Virus record (IMG/VR): IMGVR_UViG_3300029713_000003
Coordinates: 17,710 to 81,709 of that record
DNA length: 64,000 nt
Direction: 5' to 3' (one strand)
Source of the DNA: a virus
Taxonomy: Duplodnaviria > Heunggongvirae > Uroviricota > Caudoviricetes
The translations under genes and the position numbers were made by a program. The notes under the pieces are model-generated. The model saw only the letters and a program-made list of their open reading frames with translations. It searched no databases and was not told the DNA's origin. Below, piece after piece: positions 1 through 11,600 of this stretch (positions are counted from its first letter, which is position 1; every line of letters begins with the position of its first letter).

Positions 1-3000
1 CGTCTCCCGCCGCAAAAGAAATACTCTCGTTTGTCAAAAAGGCATGAGCTGTATTCTCGCCATTGGTGCCGGAGTAGGATACGTTATAGGTTGTAGCGGT
101 CGTTCCATCAGAATAGGTTACAATCGTCTTTGACCATAGGTAGGAACCTTCTGTTACAGATGGAATATCATCCTGCCACAAGGCGCTGTCTTCTGCCGGC
201 TGCTCGTTGCTGTCTGTCTTTGCATACTTCGTCACCGTAGAAGAAACCGTTACGCCTGTTCCGGCGTCGCCCTTCAGTCTTGACCATGTATACGCGCTGT
301 ACGCGATTGGCGCTGAGCTGGCGGTTCCTGTGTAGATGCCGATGTACGCCGTATCCTTTTCAGGAAGCCGCGTCATGCTGGATCCATCCGCATTCGCAGA
401 GTACCGTACATAAGTATAGTAAGATACGCCTGTGGCTCCCGTCTTTCCGTTATAGGAGACCGAGTAGGTACGCATCGTAGACTTGTCTGAGAAGGTCACG
501 GTTGTCCGCGCCCATAGGAAATATCCCTCGGTCAGCGTCGGTACTTCGGTGTTCCAGCCAGCGTCATCGTCATCAGGTCTTCCCGGCTTTTCAGCGCTCA
601 CCTGATTGTACTCTACTAACGTAGACTCAACCGTGATGTCGCTGCCTACATACTTGCTCCATTTGAAGGCGGTGTAAGGGGGAACGGTTTCAGATGGGCC
701 AGCGTATGAACCGATATACTTGGTATCGACGGTCGGTGCTTCCTTCATCTGCCGTCCATCAGCATAAGCCGAATAGCGGATGTAAGCATAGTAGGATGTT
801 CCCGCGTCGCCCGTCGCACCGTTCCGTACTTTATACAGGGAGAAAATATCGTACACAGAATTGTCGGATGTTATAACCTTGATGGTGCATATATCGTTGA
901 CGAACAGGTTTTCATCCGTAGCGTTTACTGTCAGGGTACTTCCTGTTCCACTCCCCGGAACCTTCGCATATGAGCCGTCTGCTTGGCGGTATTGCCACTC
1001 CACAATTGTTACGTTCACCACGCTGCACGCAATGGTCTGGCTGTTCGGGTTCACAACTCCGTCTGTGTATTTGAACACATTTCCACCGGACAAAACACAG
1101 CTCTTTGTTTTTTCGGCGGCTACTACCTGCGTAAAGCTCAGGGAGTCCTGTCCCATCGTTTCGCCATTGTAAGATACCGCACAAATATATGTCACGCTGT
1201 CTGCGCCAAGCACATTCCCATTGATCGTCAGCTTTCCGGTAGAAGCATCAACTGCTTCATAACTGCCAAGCGCCGTCTCTGTTGAGCCGACCATCTTTTT
1301 CCAAGTGACAACGATTGCGTTATTGACTCCCGGTGTTGTCGCCGTACCGTATAGAAAAATGTATGGTTCAATCTCAACGGGCGTCGCTGCCCAATCAGGC
1401 GTATAGCCGCCTCCAAGGTTCGGGTCGTATACCTGTGTCACTGGAGCATTGCTGCTTAGATAAAAACGGAAGTCCTCGTCTGTCAGATTCGCAACCGCGA
1501 CAGTATCAAAATATAGTCTGGACAAATCTTCGTCCACATCAATAGTAATCTGGCACTCAAACGTTGCGCTTACAGGAACGTCGGTATTGGTCAGTGTAAT
1601 GGAACGCATGCCAATATGCGCCGCATTCCATACGGCATCCGAAGCGTCGTCGCCAGAGGAGCGTAGCCATTTGAATTTACTGGCGTCATATTTCTTCGTC
1701 ACATTTTCACCGTTGGCATACACATCTGCCGTCAGCGTTGTTTCGGCTACTGACTTGGAAAAGAATAAGCCGTTGTCGGATGTGATCTTCAGCTGATAAG
1801 TCACCATACTGTCAACCGCATCCTTGACAGTTAGGCGCACCGATTCGTTGCTGGAAAGGTCAAGGCTTTTCCCGACGTCGCTTGCCAGTTTGCTTGCGGT
1901 GATGGATCCTGCCTCAATGCGTTCGGCGCTCAGGTATCCGGTATAGATCGCGTCCGCAACAATGCCTTTGCCGGACGCTGCCGTTCTCCAGTTCCAGTTG
2001 CCGTCTTCTTTCTTTCCGTCAGCAATCATCCATCCGTCTCCGCATAGCTGCATGGCGCTGGAGCCATCGACGGATTCAAAGATGATATTGCCGTTGTCGT
2101 CTGTGTACCATGAACTCACCGAAGAGGAGAACCGCGTCACCAGCAAATCAATCGCGCCGTTCAGTCGTTCGGTCGCCAGCGTTCCTTCGGATGTAATCGC
2201 CTCAGAACGCTCGAACAATGTTTTCTTCTGCTCAATCAGATTGGCGATGGAGGTAATGCGGCTAAAGATGCTGTCAAAGTTGGCGGAGATATTTACTTCC
2301 TCGTTTGTAATCTCAACAGAACCTTGATCCTTGCGGTCAATGTACCGCTCGATCTTGTTCACATAAACCGTATCGTTGATTTCAAGCTCTGGGTCATAAA
2401 TGCGAACCTTGGAATTGAGCTCCACTTGCCCCGGCGTATATCCCATTGCATCCGACATCACCATCAGCGATACCGTATATTTGATGGTTGGCTTGGAAAC
2501 TTCCTTCATCACGTCAAGAGCGTCGTTGTAAAGATACTGCTCCTGTCCCTTGATGTAGTTGTCGTCGTTCCAATATCCATCACGGAGCAGATCGCCCATA
2601 GCTAAAACAAAATCAGCTTCGATGTTGTTCTGGTTTTTGATCTGTTCCTTCTGCGTGTTTGACAGAATACCGACCTCGGCTGCCAGTTTTACCGCACGGG
2701 CAAACTGCTCATATAGACCATAAGCCACAGCACTTACCGTCATGGTAAAGGTCGTGCCGTATAGCGTCGCTACTACTCCTGTAGAGTTACTGCTGCACTT
2801 GAGCTGAATCTTCTTAGCGACAGAAGAAACATTCAAAATGTTCGCAGGCAAGTCGTAAACGCTCTTGTCTTTAATCTCAGCAGCGGCAGCGCTCTCCGCA
2901 AGTGCATCAGTAATACCATAGTCGCCAAAAGAAAACTTCACGTCGTTAGCGTTTACCACAACGGTTTTGTCAGAGGCAAGCGCAGCGTCTGTACTGCTCA

Positions 3001-4471
3001 GTTTGTAGGACGCTGTGTTCAGAGTAACAGATGTGCTGGTTCGAGCAAGCTCCGCCTCTACCTCTGTTCCGTTCTGCAGCTCCTGTGCTCCTGTAACTTT
3101 TACCGTGTAGGCATGTTTCTCAATCTCGCCAGTGCCGTTGTAGACACCCTGAATCGAAGCGCGGGTAGCATTGATCGTTTCATTGTTCTTGGCTTTCGTG
3201 GCTTCAGAGGTTGTTTCTTTGGCGTTCTCTTTTTCCAGTTCGTCAATCGTTTGCTGCTTAGCCTCAATCGCGACTTCCTTTGCACCGATGGAACCGTTGC
3301 ACTTGCCAATGAATTTCAGAATGTGCGTTACGTTGGATGCGAACGTCAGCTTTGTGTCTGCAGTTACCGCCTGTGTTGTGTACTTCCCATCGTTGGTAAA
3401 CACGTACATCGTATCGCCAATCTCGAAGCTCTCTTGTGCGGTTTCTACTGTACCGCCAATATACTTTTCAGTCGGTGTCCCGTCCTTGACTGTCCAAAGC
3501 ACATAGTTCACACTGCCCCAAAGCAAAGAAAGCTCGCTGGACTTTGCAGATAAATCTGTTGCTGTCGCCATGGTTTCTTTCTTGATGGCTTTGATATCGG
3601 TCATATATTTATCCAGCGCTGCCTGATGAGCATCCGTAAAAGCGCCGATGCTTTTATAGTAATCGAAGTTCATCAGATAAGAAAGACCTGTGGGGTTCAC
3701 ATCGTCAATGCCGACATACTCTTTCTCATCATAGTCACCCTCGACATAAAGCCGCGTTACAATATTCTCGCTGTTTGATTCCTTGCTTAGCGCTGTCAGG
3801 TTCTTGCCTACTTCCATTTCCCAAAGGGGCTTCTTGTTATTCAGGTCAAAGCAGGCCACCTTTTTATTCACCGCATCATATACTGGATAGGCATTAAACA
3901 AGTCGCAGACCGATGCAATTAAAGAGTAAGCGCCCGCCTTGCTGTCCGAGCTGAGCGAGCGCTTCTTTTCTACTTTCTCTGCGGATTCATCCGTGGCATA
4001 GTTTTCATAGAAAACATCAGAGCCATCCTCATCAAATGTCCAGGCGGTTCCTGCAAGGATCTGATTCATCAGATAAGGAAGTGTACCGATGCCGTTCGTG
4101 TCATCAAAATATAAATACAGGTTCTTGGTCTTTAGCGTTCCAGATAGATGCCCACACTCCACGGTTCCGTTGATCTTCTTGCTGGACTTGCTCTTCTTGG
4201 GCGAGGTAATAATAAACCAGTCTTCTTTATTGCCTTCTTTTAACCGCACCTGATATTCTGCTTTGATGTATTTCCAACGCCAGTTATCTTCCTCTGCGGC
4301 ATCGTCTTTCTTCACCAGATAGGGTAAGGTAAAGTTCAGCGTCTTCCATCCAGAGAGCTCTGTCGTTACTGAAATGTCAAACGCCTGTCCCGGTGTCTGA
4401 ACCGTGCTGTCATACAGGTCGCAAACTTTCTTTCCTGAATAATCAAATACAGAAAGACTTTTCTGTTCCAT
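1..4471 (-). CDS. Tail fibre / Tal-like receptor-binding protein, N-terminal ~1490 aa (gene continues past window start)
   Basis: Continuous minus-strand reading frame with no stop from the ATG at 4471-4469 (RBS GGAGTGAAGGAAG) to position 1. Lies directly downstream of the TMP and Dit-like genes. C-terminal part is tandem ~126-aa repeats with a Y.Y.RYS..ADG ... TEG..LW ... T.Y.VSY.G pattern. Confidence 0.6.
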   Translation of the reverse strand, partial: MEQKSLSVFDYSGKKVCDLYDSTVQTPGQAFDISVTTELSGWKTLNFTLPYLVKKDDAAEEDNWRWKYIKAEYQVRLKEGNKEDWFIITSPKKSKSSKKINGTVECGHLSGTLKTKNLYLYFDDTNGIGTLPYLMNQILAGTAWTFDEDGSDVFYENYATDESAEKVEKKRSLSSDSKAGAYSLIASVCDLFNAYPVYDAVNKKVACFDLNNKKPLWEMEVGKNLTALSKESNSENIVTRLYVEGDYDEKEYVGIDDVNPTGLSYLMNFDYYKSIGAFTDAHQAALDKYMTDIKAIKKETMATATDLSAKSSELSLLWGSVNYVLWTVKDGTPTEKYIGGTVETAQESFEIGDTMYVFTNDGKYTTQAVTADTKLTFASNVTHILKFIGKCNGSIGAKEVAIEAKQQTIDELEKENAKETTSEATKAKNNETINATRASIQGVYNGTGEIEKHAYTVKVTGAQELQNGTEVEAELARTSTSVTLNTASYKLSSTDAALASDKTVVVNANDVKFSFGDYGITDALAESAAAAEIKDKSVYDLPANILNVSSVAKKIQLKCSSNSTGVVATLYGTTFTMTVSAVAYGLYEQFARAVKLAAEVGILSNTQKEQIKNQNNIEADFVLAMGDLLRDGYWNDDNYIKGQEQYLYNDALDVMKEVSKPTIKYTVSLMVMSDAMGYTPGQVELNSKVRIYDPELEINDTVYVNKIERYIDRKDQGSVEITNEEVNISANFDSIFSRITSIANLIEQKKTLFERSEAITSEGTLATERLNGAIDLLVTRFSSSVSSWYTDDNGNIIFESVDGSSAMQLCGDGWMIADGKKEDGNWNWRTAASGKGIVADAIYTGYLSAERIEAGSITASKLASDVGKSLDLSSNESVRLTVKDAVDSMVTYQLKITSDNGLFFSKSVAETTLTADVYANGENVTKKYDASKFKWLRSSGDDASDAVWNAAHIGMRSITLTNTDVPVSATFECQITIDVDEDLSRLYFDTVAVANLTDEDFRFYLSSNAPVTQVYDPNLGGGYTPDWAATPVEIEPYIFLYGTATTPGVNNAIVVTWKKMVGSTETALGSYEAVDASTGKLTINGNVLGADSVTYICAVSYNGETMGQDSLSFTQVVAAEKTKSCVLSGGNVFKYTDGVVNPNSQTIACSVVNVTIVEWQYRQADGSYAKVPGSGTGSTLTVNATDENLFVNDICTIKVITSDNSVYDIFSLYKVRNGATGDAGTSYYAYIRYSAYADGRQMKEAPTVDTKYIGSYAGPSETVPPYTAFKWSKYVGSDITVESTLVEYNQVSAEKPGRPDDDDAGWNTEVPTLTEGYFLWARTTVTFSDKSTMRTYSVSYNGKTGATGVSYYTYVRYSANADGSSMTRLPEKDTAYIGIYTGTASSAPIAYSAYTWSRLKGDAGTGVTVSSTVTKYAKTDSNEQPAEDSALWQDDIPSVTEGSYLWSKTIVTYSDGTTATTYNVSYSGTNGENTAHAFLTNESISFAAGD
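20..800 (-). repeat. Tandem ~380-nt (~126-aa) repeat units inside the tail-fibre gene (at least two near-identical units; further copies likely beyond window start)
   Basis: Long near-identical DNA stretches, e.g. 'gacttgtctgagaaggtcacggttgtccgcgcccataggaaatatccctcggtcagcgtcggtac' seen twice, and repeating protein blocks GATGxxxSYYxYxRYSAxADG. Confidence 0.5.
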
Positions 4472-4484
4472 CTTCCTTCACTCC

Positions 4485-5537
4485 TTAATGAACAAGCGGG
4501 GTGTACTCCATTTCAAATTTGGTCAGGGTCACGTTCCCCTCGATAGCCATTTGGTTCATGACAACAATCGTCGAGGATTCTTCACCACTGGCTTCCATGT
4601 TACCATTGAGAACGACGCCGTTTTTCGTGACGGCAATAATTCTCATCCACTTACCGCCGAGGTAAAGATACCTACCCACATGGCTCTGATCCAGTTCCTT
4701 GTTGTAGACGGTAACTGTGTTGCTGCCGGATGTATAGGCTACAAGCACTTCATCATAAAGAAGTCCCGATGGCTCCAGATCAATGAAGCCATAATCGTGA
4801 TACTCAAACATCAGCTCGCGTTGATTAGTGCTGGGGTCAACAAGCGTCACGCTCCCTTTCTGGCTGTCCAGTTCCAGATATGCAGGAGATGGGGGAAGAG
4901 CGATCAGCCTGCACTTCTGACCAGTTGTCTCGTTGCGGATCATAAAACCGTCCTTATCTGTTGCACCGCCAACTCGAATGATCGTCGGGGCGGTTTCTGT
5001 TCCGCAGTTATAAAAGATAAAACGTCTGTCGCTTAATTCCGGCGCAGCAGGCAGCTTGCTTTTTTCAAGCATTCCGCAGTATCTCGTAACGCCGTCTGTA
5101 TCAATGGTATCATAAGAACTGTACTCCAGTTTTCCAAACGGTTCATAAGCCGTAAAGGTAATAGAGAAAGTCCCGGAATACAGCGGTTCCATTCCATGCT
5201 CATGCTGCGAATACTGCTTGCCGGATGGCTTCTTTGTTATATACACATCGTAATACTTCCATGGCTTATCATCGAAGATCAGTCGCCCTGAACGCCTGCC
5301 GCTCAACCATTGTTTCATCTTTTCATAGGTCTTGCGCGGAATATCTTCATAATAGCAATTCAAAGAAAACTCTCGCGGCTTTGCCTTCCTGCCGTAATAA
5401 ATTCCGCCGTCATGCCAGTCAACGTCTTCGTCATACACTTCGTAGTCAGATCTATCGTCAAATAATGAACTCTCGTCCGGGATGTAGTACACACCAAAAG
5501 CACTGCTGTGTATTCCCATAAAAGAAAAACCATTCAT
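4485..5537 (-). CDS. Distal tail protein (Dit)-like / phage tail family protein
   Basis: ORF between the TMP and the fibre gene, which is the conserved siphovirus order TMP-Dit-Tal. Start taken at the internal ATG (MNGFSFMG) preceded by GGAGTG. The track ORF begins further upstream at 5585. Confidence 0.45.
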   Translation of the reverse strand: MNGFSFMGIHSSAFGVYYIPDESSLFDDRSDYEVYDEDVDWHDGGIYYGRKAKPREFSLNCYYEDIPRKTYEKMKQWLSGRRSGRLIFDDKPWKYYDVYITKKPSGKQYSQHEHGMEPLYSGTFSITFTAYEPFGKLEYSSYDTIDTDGVTRYCGMLEKSKLPAAPELSDRRFIFYNCGTETAPTIIRVGGATDKDGFMIRNETTGQKCRLIALPPSPAYLELDSQKGSVTLVDPSTNQRELMFEYHDYGFIDLEPSGLLYDEVLVAYTSGSNTVTVYNKELDQSHVGRYLYLGGKWMRIIAVTKNGVVLNGNMEASGEESSTIVVMNQMAIEGNVTLTKFEMEYTPLVH

Positions 5538-5649
5538 TATGAAACACTCCTTCCTTTTGTCCTCCCTATGTCCCTTATTAAACAACTTGCATTTTTGAAA
5601 TCAAACAAAAAAAGAGGAGGAGACCTTTCGACCTCCTCCTCAATCCAGC

Positions 5650-8600
5650 TTATAAAGCAATGCCGCCGACGGCGCGTCCACGGGTCATGGACTCCACGAT
5701 GGATTCCTTCACCTTGTCTGCCAAATCCTCAATGTCGCGGTCGCTGTCAAGCCGCTCCACTTTGATATTGATGTCGCCAAAGTTGTAGCCGTAGGACTTG
5801 TTGTTCGTTACGGCCTCGCCGTTATACTTCATTGGCGCTACACGAACTCGGTTCATTTGCTCCAAAGAAGCAACCAAGCCCTCGAACAGTTTTGTTTGTG
5901 TAGCAGACAAAATCCGTTCAGGATTAGCCTTGGTTCCATCAATCTGGATGGGCCCTGTAAAGTCGGCAATACCGCCGCGAGCATATTTCTTGACGGTGAT
6001 TTTGTCGTAGAACGTCCGCGCCCATTGTCCTATTGCGCTGGAACTGCTTCCTGAAAGCTGACGGCAAATAGAGTTGATCTTACTCTTGGTAGCAGCAATA
6101 GCCGCTTCCTCTGTGTCGTAACCCTTCAGGGTTCCGCCCTTTGCGCTTCCGATTGCAGGATAGGTCGCAGAGTATTTTTTCTTTCCTCCGCTGCCACCTC
6201 CGCTGGAACCACCTCCAGAAGAACCAGAGCTGCTTCCATCGTCGTCCGATCCGCCCCACTTGGTGTTATTGATGAACTTGCTGTTATCCAGCAGATTCGT
6301 CTGCATATCCTCGTAAGCCTTGCGGATCTTGTCAAACATATCCTGCCATCCTTCGATGTATGCTTCCTGCTGGAGCTTGCTCGCCTCACGGTATTTGTTG
6401 GAGTTCTCTTTCAGGAACGCAATTACCGCCTCATCACCCTGAGAGATAATATCCTGCACTTCTTGCCAGTGGTCGTGGATGATACCGTTCATCGTATCAA
6501 GCGTTTCTTTCCAGCCGTTCTCCATATCCGTCCGCGTGTTATCCGTGGAGTTCTTATAGTCCGTGCTGTTCTGCTCCAGCCAAGTCAAGATATCCTCCTG
6601 ACTCATCTTCAGGATGCTGTTCACTTGATCGATAAAGTTGCGCGGGTTATTCAACAGGTCTTCATAGTACTGCTCAATATAATCGCGGTAATCTTCCAGT
6701 GAAGAAATCTGCTGCTCAATGGATTTCTGCTGAGCCTCGCTTTCATTCTCCGCCTGATCCCAAGCAATTTCATCGCGCAGGTCGTCGATCTGGTCAAGAA
6801 TATCCTGTGCATCCTTGGCGCGTGTCGGGTCAGCCACAATACGGGAGTACTTTGCTTGCAGCTCTTGCAGCTGTGCCAGTTTGTCTTCCTGATCCGCCTG
6901 CTCCTTACGTGCGTCCAGCAATTCGGAAACCGCATCCTTCTCTTTGTTCAGCGCGTCGATTTGAGCGTCAATCGCATCAAGAATTGCCTGCTCCGCATCC
7001 TCCGCCTGAGCTTTCAAGATATCAAGGATAGTTTCCTCCATATCAATTCTAGCCTGCAGCATGTCGTCAATCCGCTGTTCACGGTCTTCGATAGCTTCTA
7101 GAATCTCATTCTCCAAGTCGAGCTTTAGCTGACGGATGGAATCATTCAGATCGTCAATCTTCTGCTTGTTGGACACAATGGAGGCTTCGTTTTCTGTCAG
7201 CTTCTGCGTCCAATCAGTGATGGCGTCCTGAATGGTATTCACCCGGCTCAAGATAGCGTCATACGCTTCGGTATCCGGGGTTGTGGAGTTGAACTGGTCA
7301 ATCAGTGCCGGCAGTCGTGCCTGCGCTTCTGCGATCTTCTCACGCAGAATCTTGTCCTGATCTTCCAGCATCTCATTCACCTGACCAAGCGCTTTGATCT
7401 CTGCGGTGAAGTAACCTTCAGAATCCCAGATGTTCATAATCGTATTCAACTGAGACATGCGATCCGTGATCCGCTTGACGGTGTTATCAACCTGCTCTAC
7501 CCAGCGCTCTTCCTCCGTGCGGGAACTGTCTTTTTTAGAGCTGCTATTGTTCTTGGAGCCGCTTCCACCACCGCCACCACTGCTCTTGGTGCTGGCTTTA
7601 CGATGAGAACCGGAGGAGAAGGGGTTGTTGCCAGTTGGCTTCAAAACCTTGTAAGTACCGTTGACCTGTCTGCTCACAAAGTCTCTTACTGTGCTGTCCC
7701 ATACTTTTGCAACACTGTTCACGGGGATCGTTTCCACTTCAAACTGGCCTGTCTTGATTAACGTATCCAGCATTTCCTGCGCCATGTTATCCACAATCAC
7801 AATGCCGTTCTCAAGGTCAGAGAAATCAACAGAAGACGTACCGGTAATGTTGAAGAACGCCTCTTGGTTTAGCAAGTCAAGCGCACTCAATCCATCTTGC
7901 GCATATTGCTGAAGCATGGCCGGAATTTGATCCCACGCCTGTAGAACCGCTTGGGGACTCATGCTCAGCACGCTCGCAATCTTGCTCACGTCAGAATACA
8001 AAATCTGATCCGCGCTGGAATATTTCTTGGCGAGGTTCTCATATTCCTGTGCAGCTTCAGCGTAGTTGTCTGCCATGGTGTAAACCTTGTCATAAGCACT
8101 TAAGACAGCAGCGCTGCTATCCGTTGCCTCGGTCATCTTCTCGATTTGCTTCGTAACATCATCGAAGTGCGTGTCGGCAACCTCTCGGTTCAAATCACTG
8201 AAGGCATCCTTCATGTCTTTCATAGCAGATGAGGCCGCGTCCGTATCGCCTGTGTCCAAAGCCTTCTTGTACCGTTCCCATGCGGTGCTGAACTTTAGAA
8301 TTGCATCGCTGTTATCAAGCATCCACTTTTGCTCTTCGGCTGAAGCAGATGCGAACTTTTCAATATAAGCATCCAGCCCGTCCAGCGTGCCATCTTCGCC
8401 AATGCTCATTAGGTTAGAAAACTCACTGAGCAGCGACTTCCCGTCTTCGTCTGTAACACCGCTATGGCTTTCCCTGTAATTATTCAATGCCACCAGCATT
8501 TGGTCAGAAGCGTTGGCAACCGCATCAGAAAAGCCTTCAAGGTTCTCGCCGGTTTCGCTGAGTCCGCCATTATCTCCAAGCTCTGCGATCTCTTTCAAAT

Positions 8601-11600
8601 AAGCTGTGAACTGTGGGAATACCTCAAGGAATTTTTCAAGGTTGCTGCTGTCAAGTCCTTGCATCCAAGCAAACAAAGCAGAACCGTCCACTGTTCCATC
8701 CTCGTTGATAAAACTCCGCAATTGGTCTATCCAGCTCTTGAAGTTACTGTTCTGTAGTGCTTTCAGCTCGTTATCGCTCGTCTGGTTCGCCAAAACTTTT
8801 GCAAGTTTAGAAGAGAGCTTTTCAACGTCAGTGCTCGCATCGTCTGCGGCGTCCCCAATATCCGCAAGCCCAGACGCTACGCCGCCAAAACTTTCTTTGG
8901 ATGGTAACTGAACAAAGAAGTCGTCGCCGTATTTTTCTTTGAGTGCATTATATGCAACTTCCAAACTGGCATATGCTGAATCAAATTCATCAGTACCATA
9001 CTTCGAATTGACGGCGTTCAGAGCTTTGATCCAATTGGCACCCCACTCAGTCTGTAACATCTTTTCTGAATATTCACTAGCACCCTGAAGAAGTTTCAAC
9101 ATCACGCCATTGATAGTCTCGTCGCCTTGTTTCATGGCTTCGACAAGCTGATCGATATAAGTTACGCCTGCGTCCTGAGCAGAGCCGACAACTGCATCTT
9201 TAATGCTGACTCCGTATTGAACCGATAGTGTTTCCAGTTCGTCGAACGCTTGGGCCAATGCGCCATCTTTGCCGACGTAATGCATGGCCTCGCCGGTCTT
9301 GATGGCTTCATCGCCAATATCAGCCAGAAGGTTTTTGATGATTTGCCCATCAATTTCAAGCCCTTCAGCATCTAGTGCAAACAGTTCTTCATTTGTCCAA
9401 GAACCATCTTCGTTTGCTTTATCAATAAGTCCCCAGATGTATTCATCTACTGTATTTGCATCCAGCAGCTTTGCGCCTTCTGGAGTTTGCAGTATTGGAG
9501 TAAAAGCAATTTCAATGCCATCATAATCCGCAGATGTTCCCATGACTGTTGATATACTTCCTTTTAAGTCATCAACAGTATATCCCCAAGATTCGTAGGC
9601 ATCTTTGAAAGCCTCAAGATTTTCTTCTGTCCATTCAAGCACCTGACGATTATTGGTATCAATATTTCCGTAAATCGTTTTACCAATATCTACGCCTAAA
9701 TCATCTGCTTCTTTACGAATGGCTTGGTAATCCCGAACGGCTTGTTTCAAATCATTTGGAATGCCAATAAACGTTCCAATCGTACCGTCTGTAAACATAT
9801 TCTCAAAGTAAGATTCAAACAATGCTTGGCTTCCGAAATCCATGTTGTCCCAATCCATTGGTTTCATTGAGTCAAACATGCTTTCAAATAATTGCTGTGC
9901 ATAGGTCTTTGCAGCTTCGTCCGCAGCCTCGTCATTCTGTGAACTCTGAACGGCATCAATAATAAATTGGCCGAGGTCAAGATCGTTTTCAGATGCATCA
10001 AGCGCTTCTTTGTAGGCAGTCACAAACTGTGACACGAACTTGGTAGCAAGGTTGGTGCCTTCGATGAGCCCCTTGTCGGAGTACAGCGCCTGTCTCACAT
10101 TTTCAACTACGCCATATTGTGCTTGCGTTATTTCGTTTACAATCTGCGTAACGGACATTTTGCCCCACCAGTGCTCATCGTTCATATTTGGGATGAGCTG
10201 TCCAATGGTTGAGATAGCGCTTTGGCCGGATTTAGAATCATACAGTCTGCCAATATTTGCGCTCAATGCAGGATCATTGATAATATCATAGCTATTATAT
10301 TTCTTCTGATCGGTTCGATACGCATCCATAATCTGCTTGATGCTGAGCTTGTTTGCTGCAGTTACTACACCGTTATAGCTCTGGGCAAGTCGATCCAGTT
10401 CTTCTCGCAGCGCTTTGGTTACGCCTTCCTGATTCTCCATACCGCCAGACACGTTAGAGAGCGCCATGGCTAATGTTGGTGAGAAGGTCTGCAGCTTCTT
10501 CCAAACTTCTTTTAGCTGAGCCTCTTCTTCTTGCGTGCGGTTTGTGATGGAAATTAGCTTCGTATACTCGCTTTGGAGTTTACTCAAAGAGGAATAATTC
10601 GTGGTGATATCTGCTTGCTTTTTCTGAAGCTCTTGCAATTTCTGCGCTTCATCGTGCGCGTTCCTGTATGCGCCAACAAGTGTCACAACACCAGCCGTGA
10701 TAGCAGCCAAAGTTCCTACTACAAGCGCCACCTTACCGCCAGTTAGGATTTTAGCAATATCGCCGATGCCTTTTGCAGCGCGAAGCGCTTTAACAACAGA
10801 GACAAGTTTACTAACCAGAAGCACAGCCGAGCCAACCGCAGCAGAGAAGACAAGGACATTCTTTGTCACCTGACCAAATCCTGTTTCCATACCGCTTGCA
10901 AAATTATCTGCCAATGAAGCCATTGTGGTATAAAAACTCTTAAGCGTTTCATTATCAAGGATAGTGGTGTACAAACGTTCGAGGGAAACGTTTAGATTTC
11001 CTTGTGCAGCAGCAACAGAATCCAGCCAGACCTCATACTTTTCTGTAACCGTTCCCGCTGATTCCATTGCACCGGCCAGCAGTTCATACATCCGGCTTCC
11101 GTTTTCAGCACCCTTGGCCATGTCGCCCATCAGTGCCAAGAAAACGTTTTGCTGTTTTGTACCAGCCATTGTTGTTGCAATATAAGACTTCTGCGCCGCA
11201 TCGAGCCCATTCCATTTAGATGCAATCTCATCAAGCACCGCAGCCATATCTTTCCACTGGCCATTCTCAAACAGATTGATTCCAAGAACATCACCCAGTG
11301 CTTTGGAAATATCGTTGGCTCCTGTTGTCGTTCCATCATCATTGGTCGTGTAGCCAGTTTTCTTGATACTGTGCCAACGAGCAATAATTGTATTAAATGC
11401 AGTACCAATAGACGCCGCATCCTGACGTGTCGTTTCAGAAACCGTTGCAATGTATGCGCCCAGATGCTTAAAGTCCAAACCGAAAGCCGCAGCCGCTGCA
11501 GCAGCTTTCTGCATTGCCGTGCCGATTTCTGAACCGGACGAAGCGGATGCGTCGCCGAGATAAGTGAACAAATCAACAACCTCTTGCGCGGAAACGCCCA

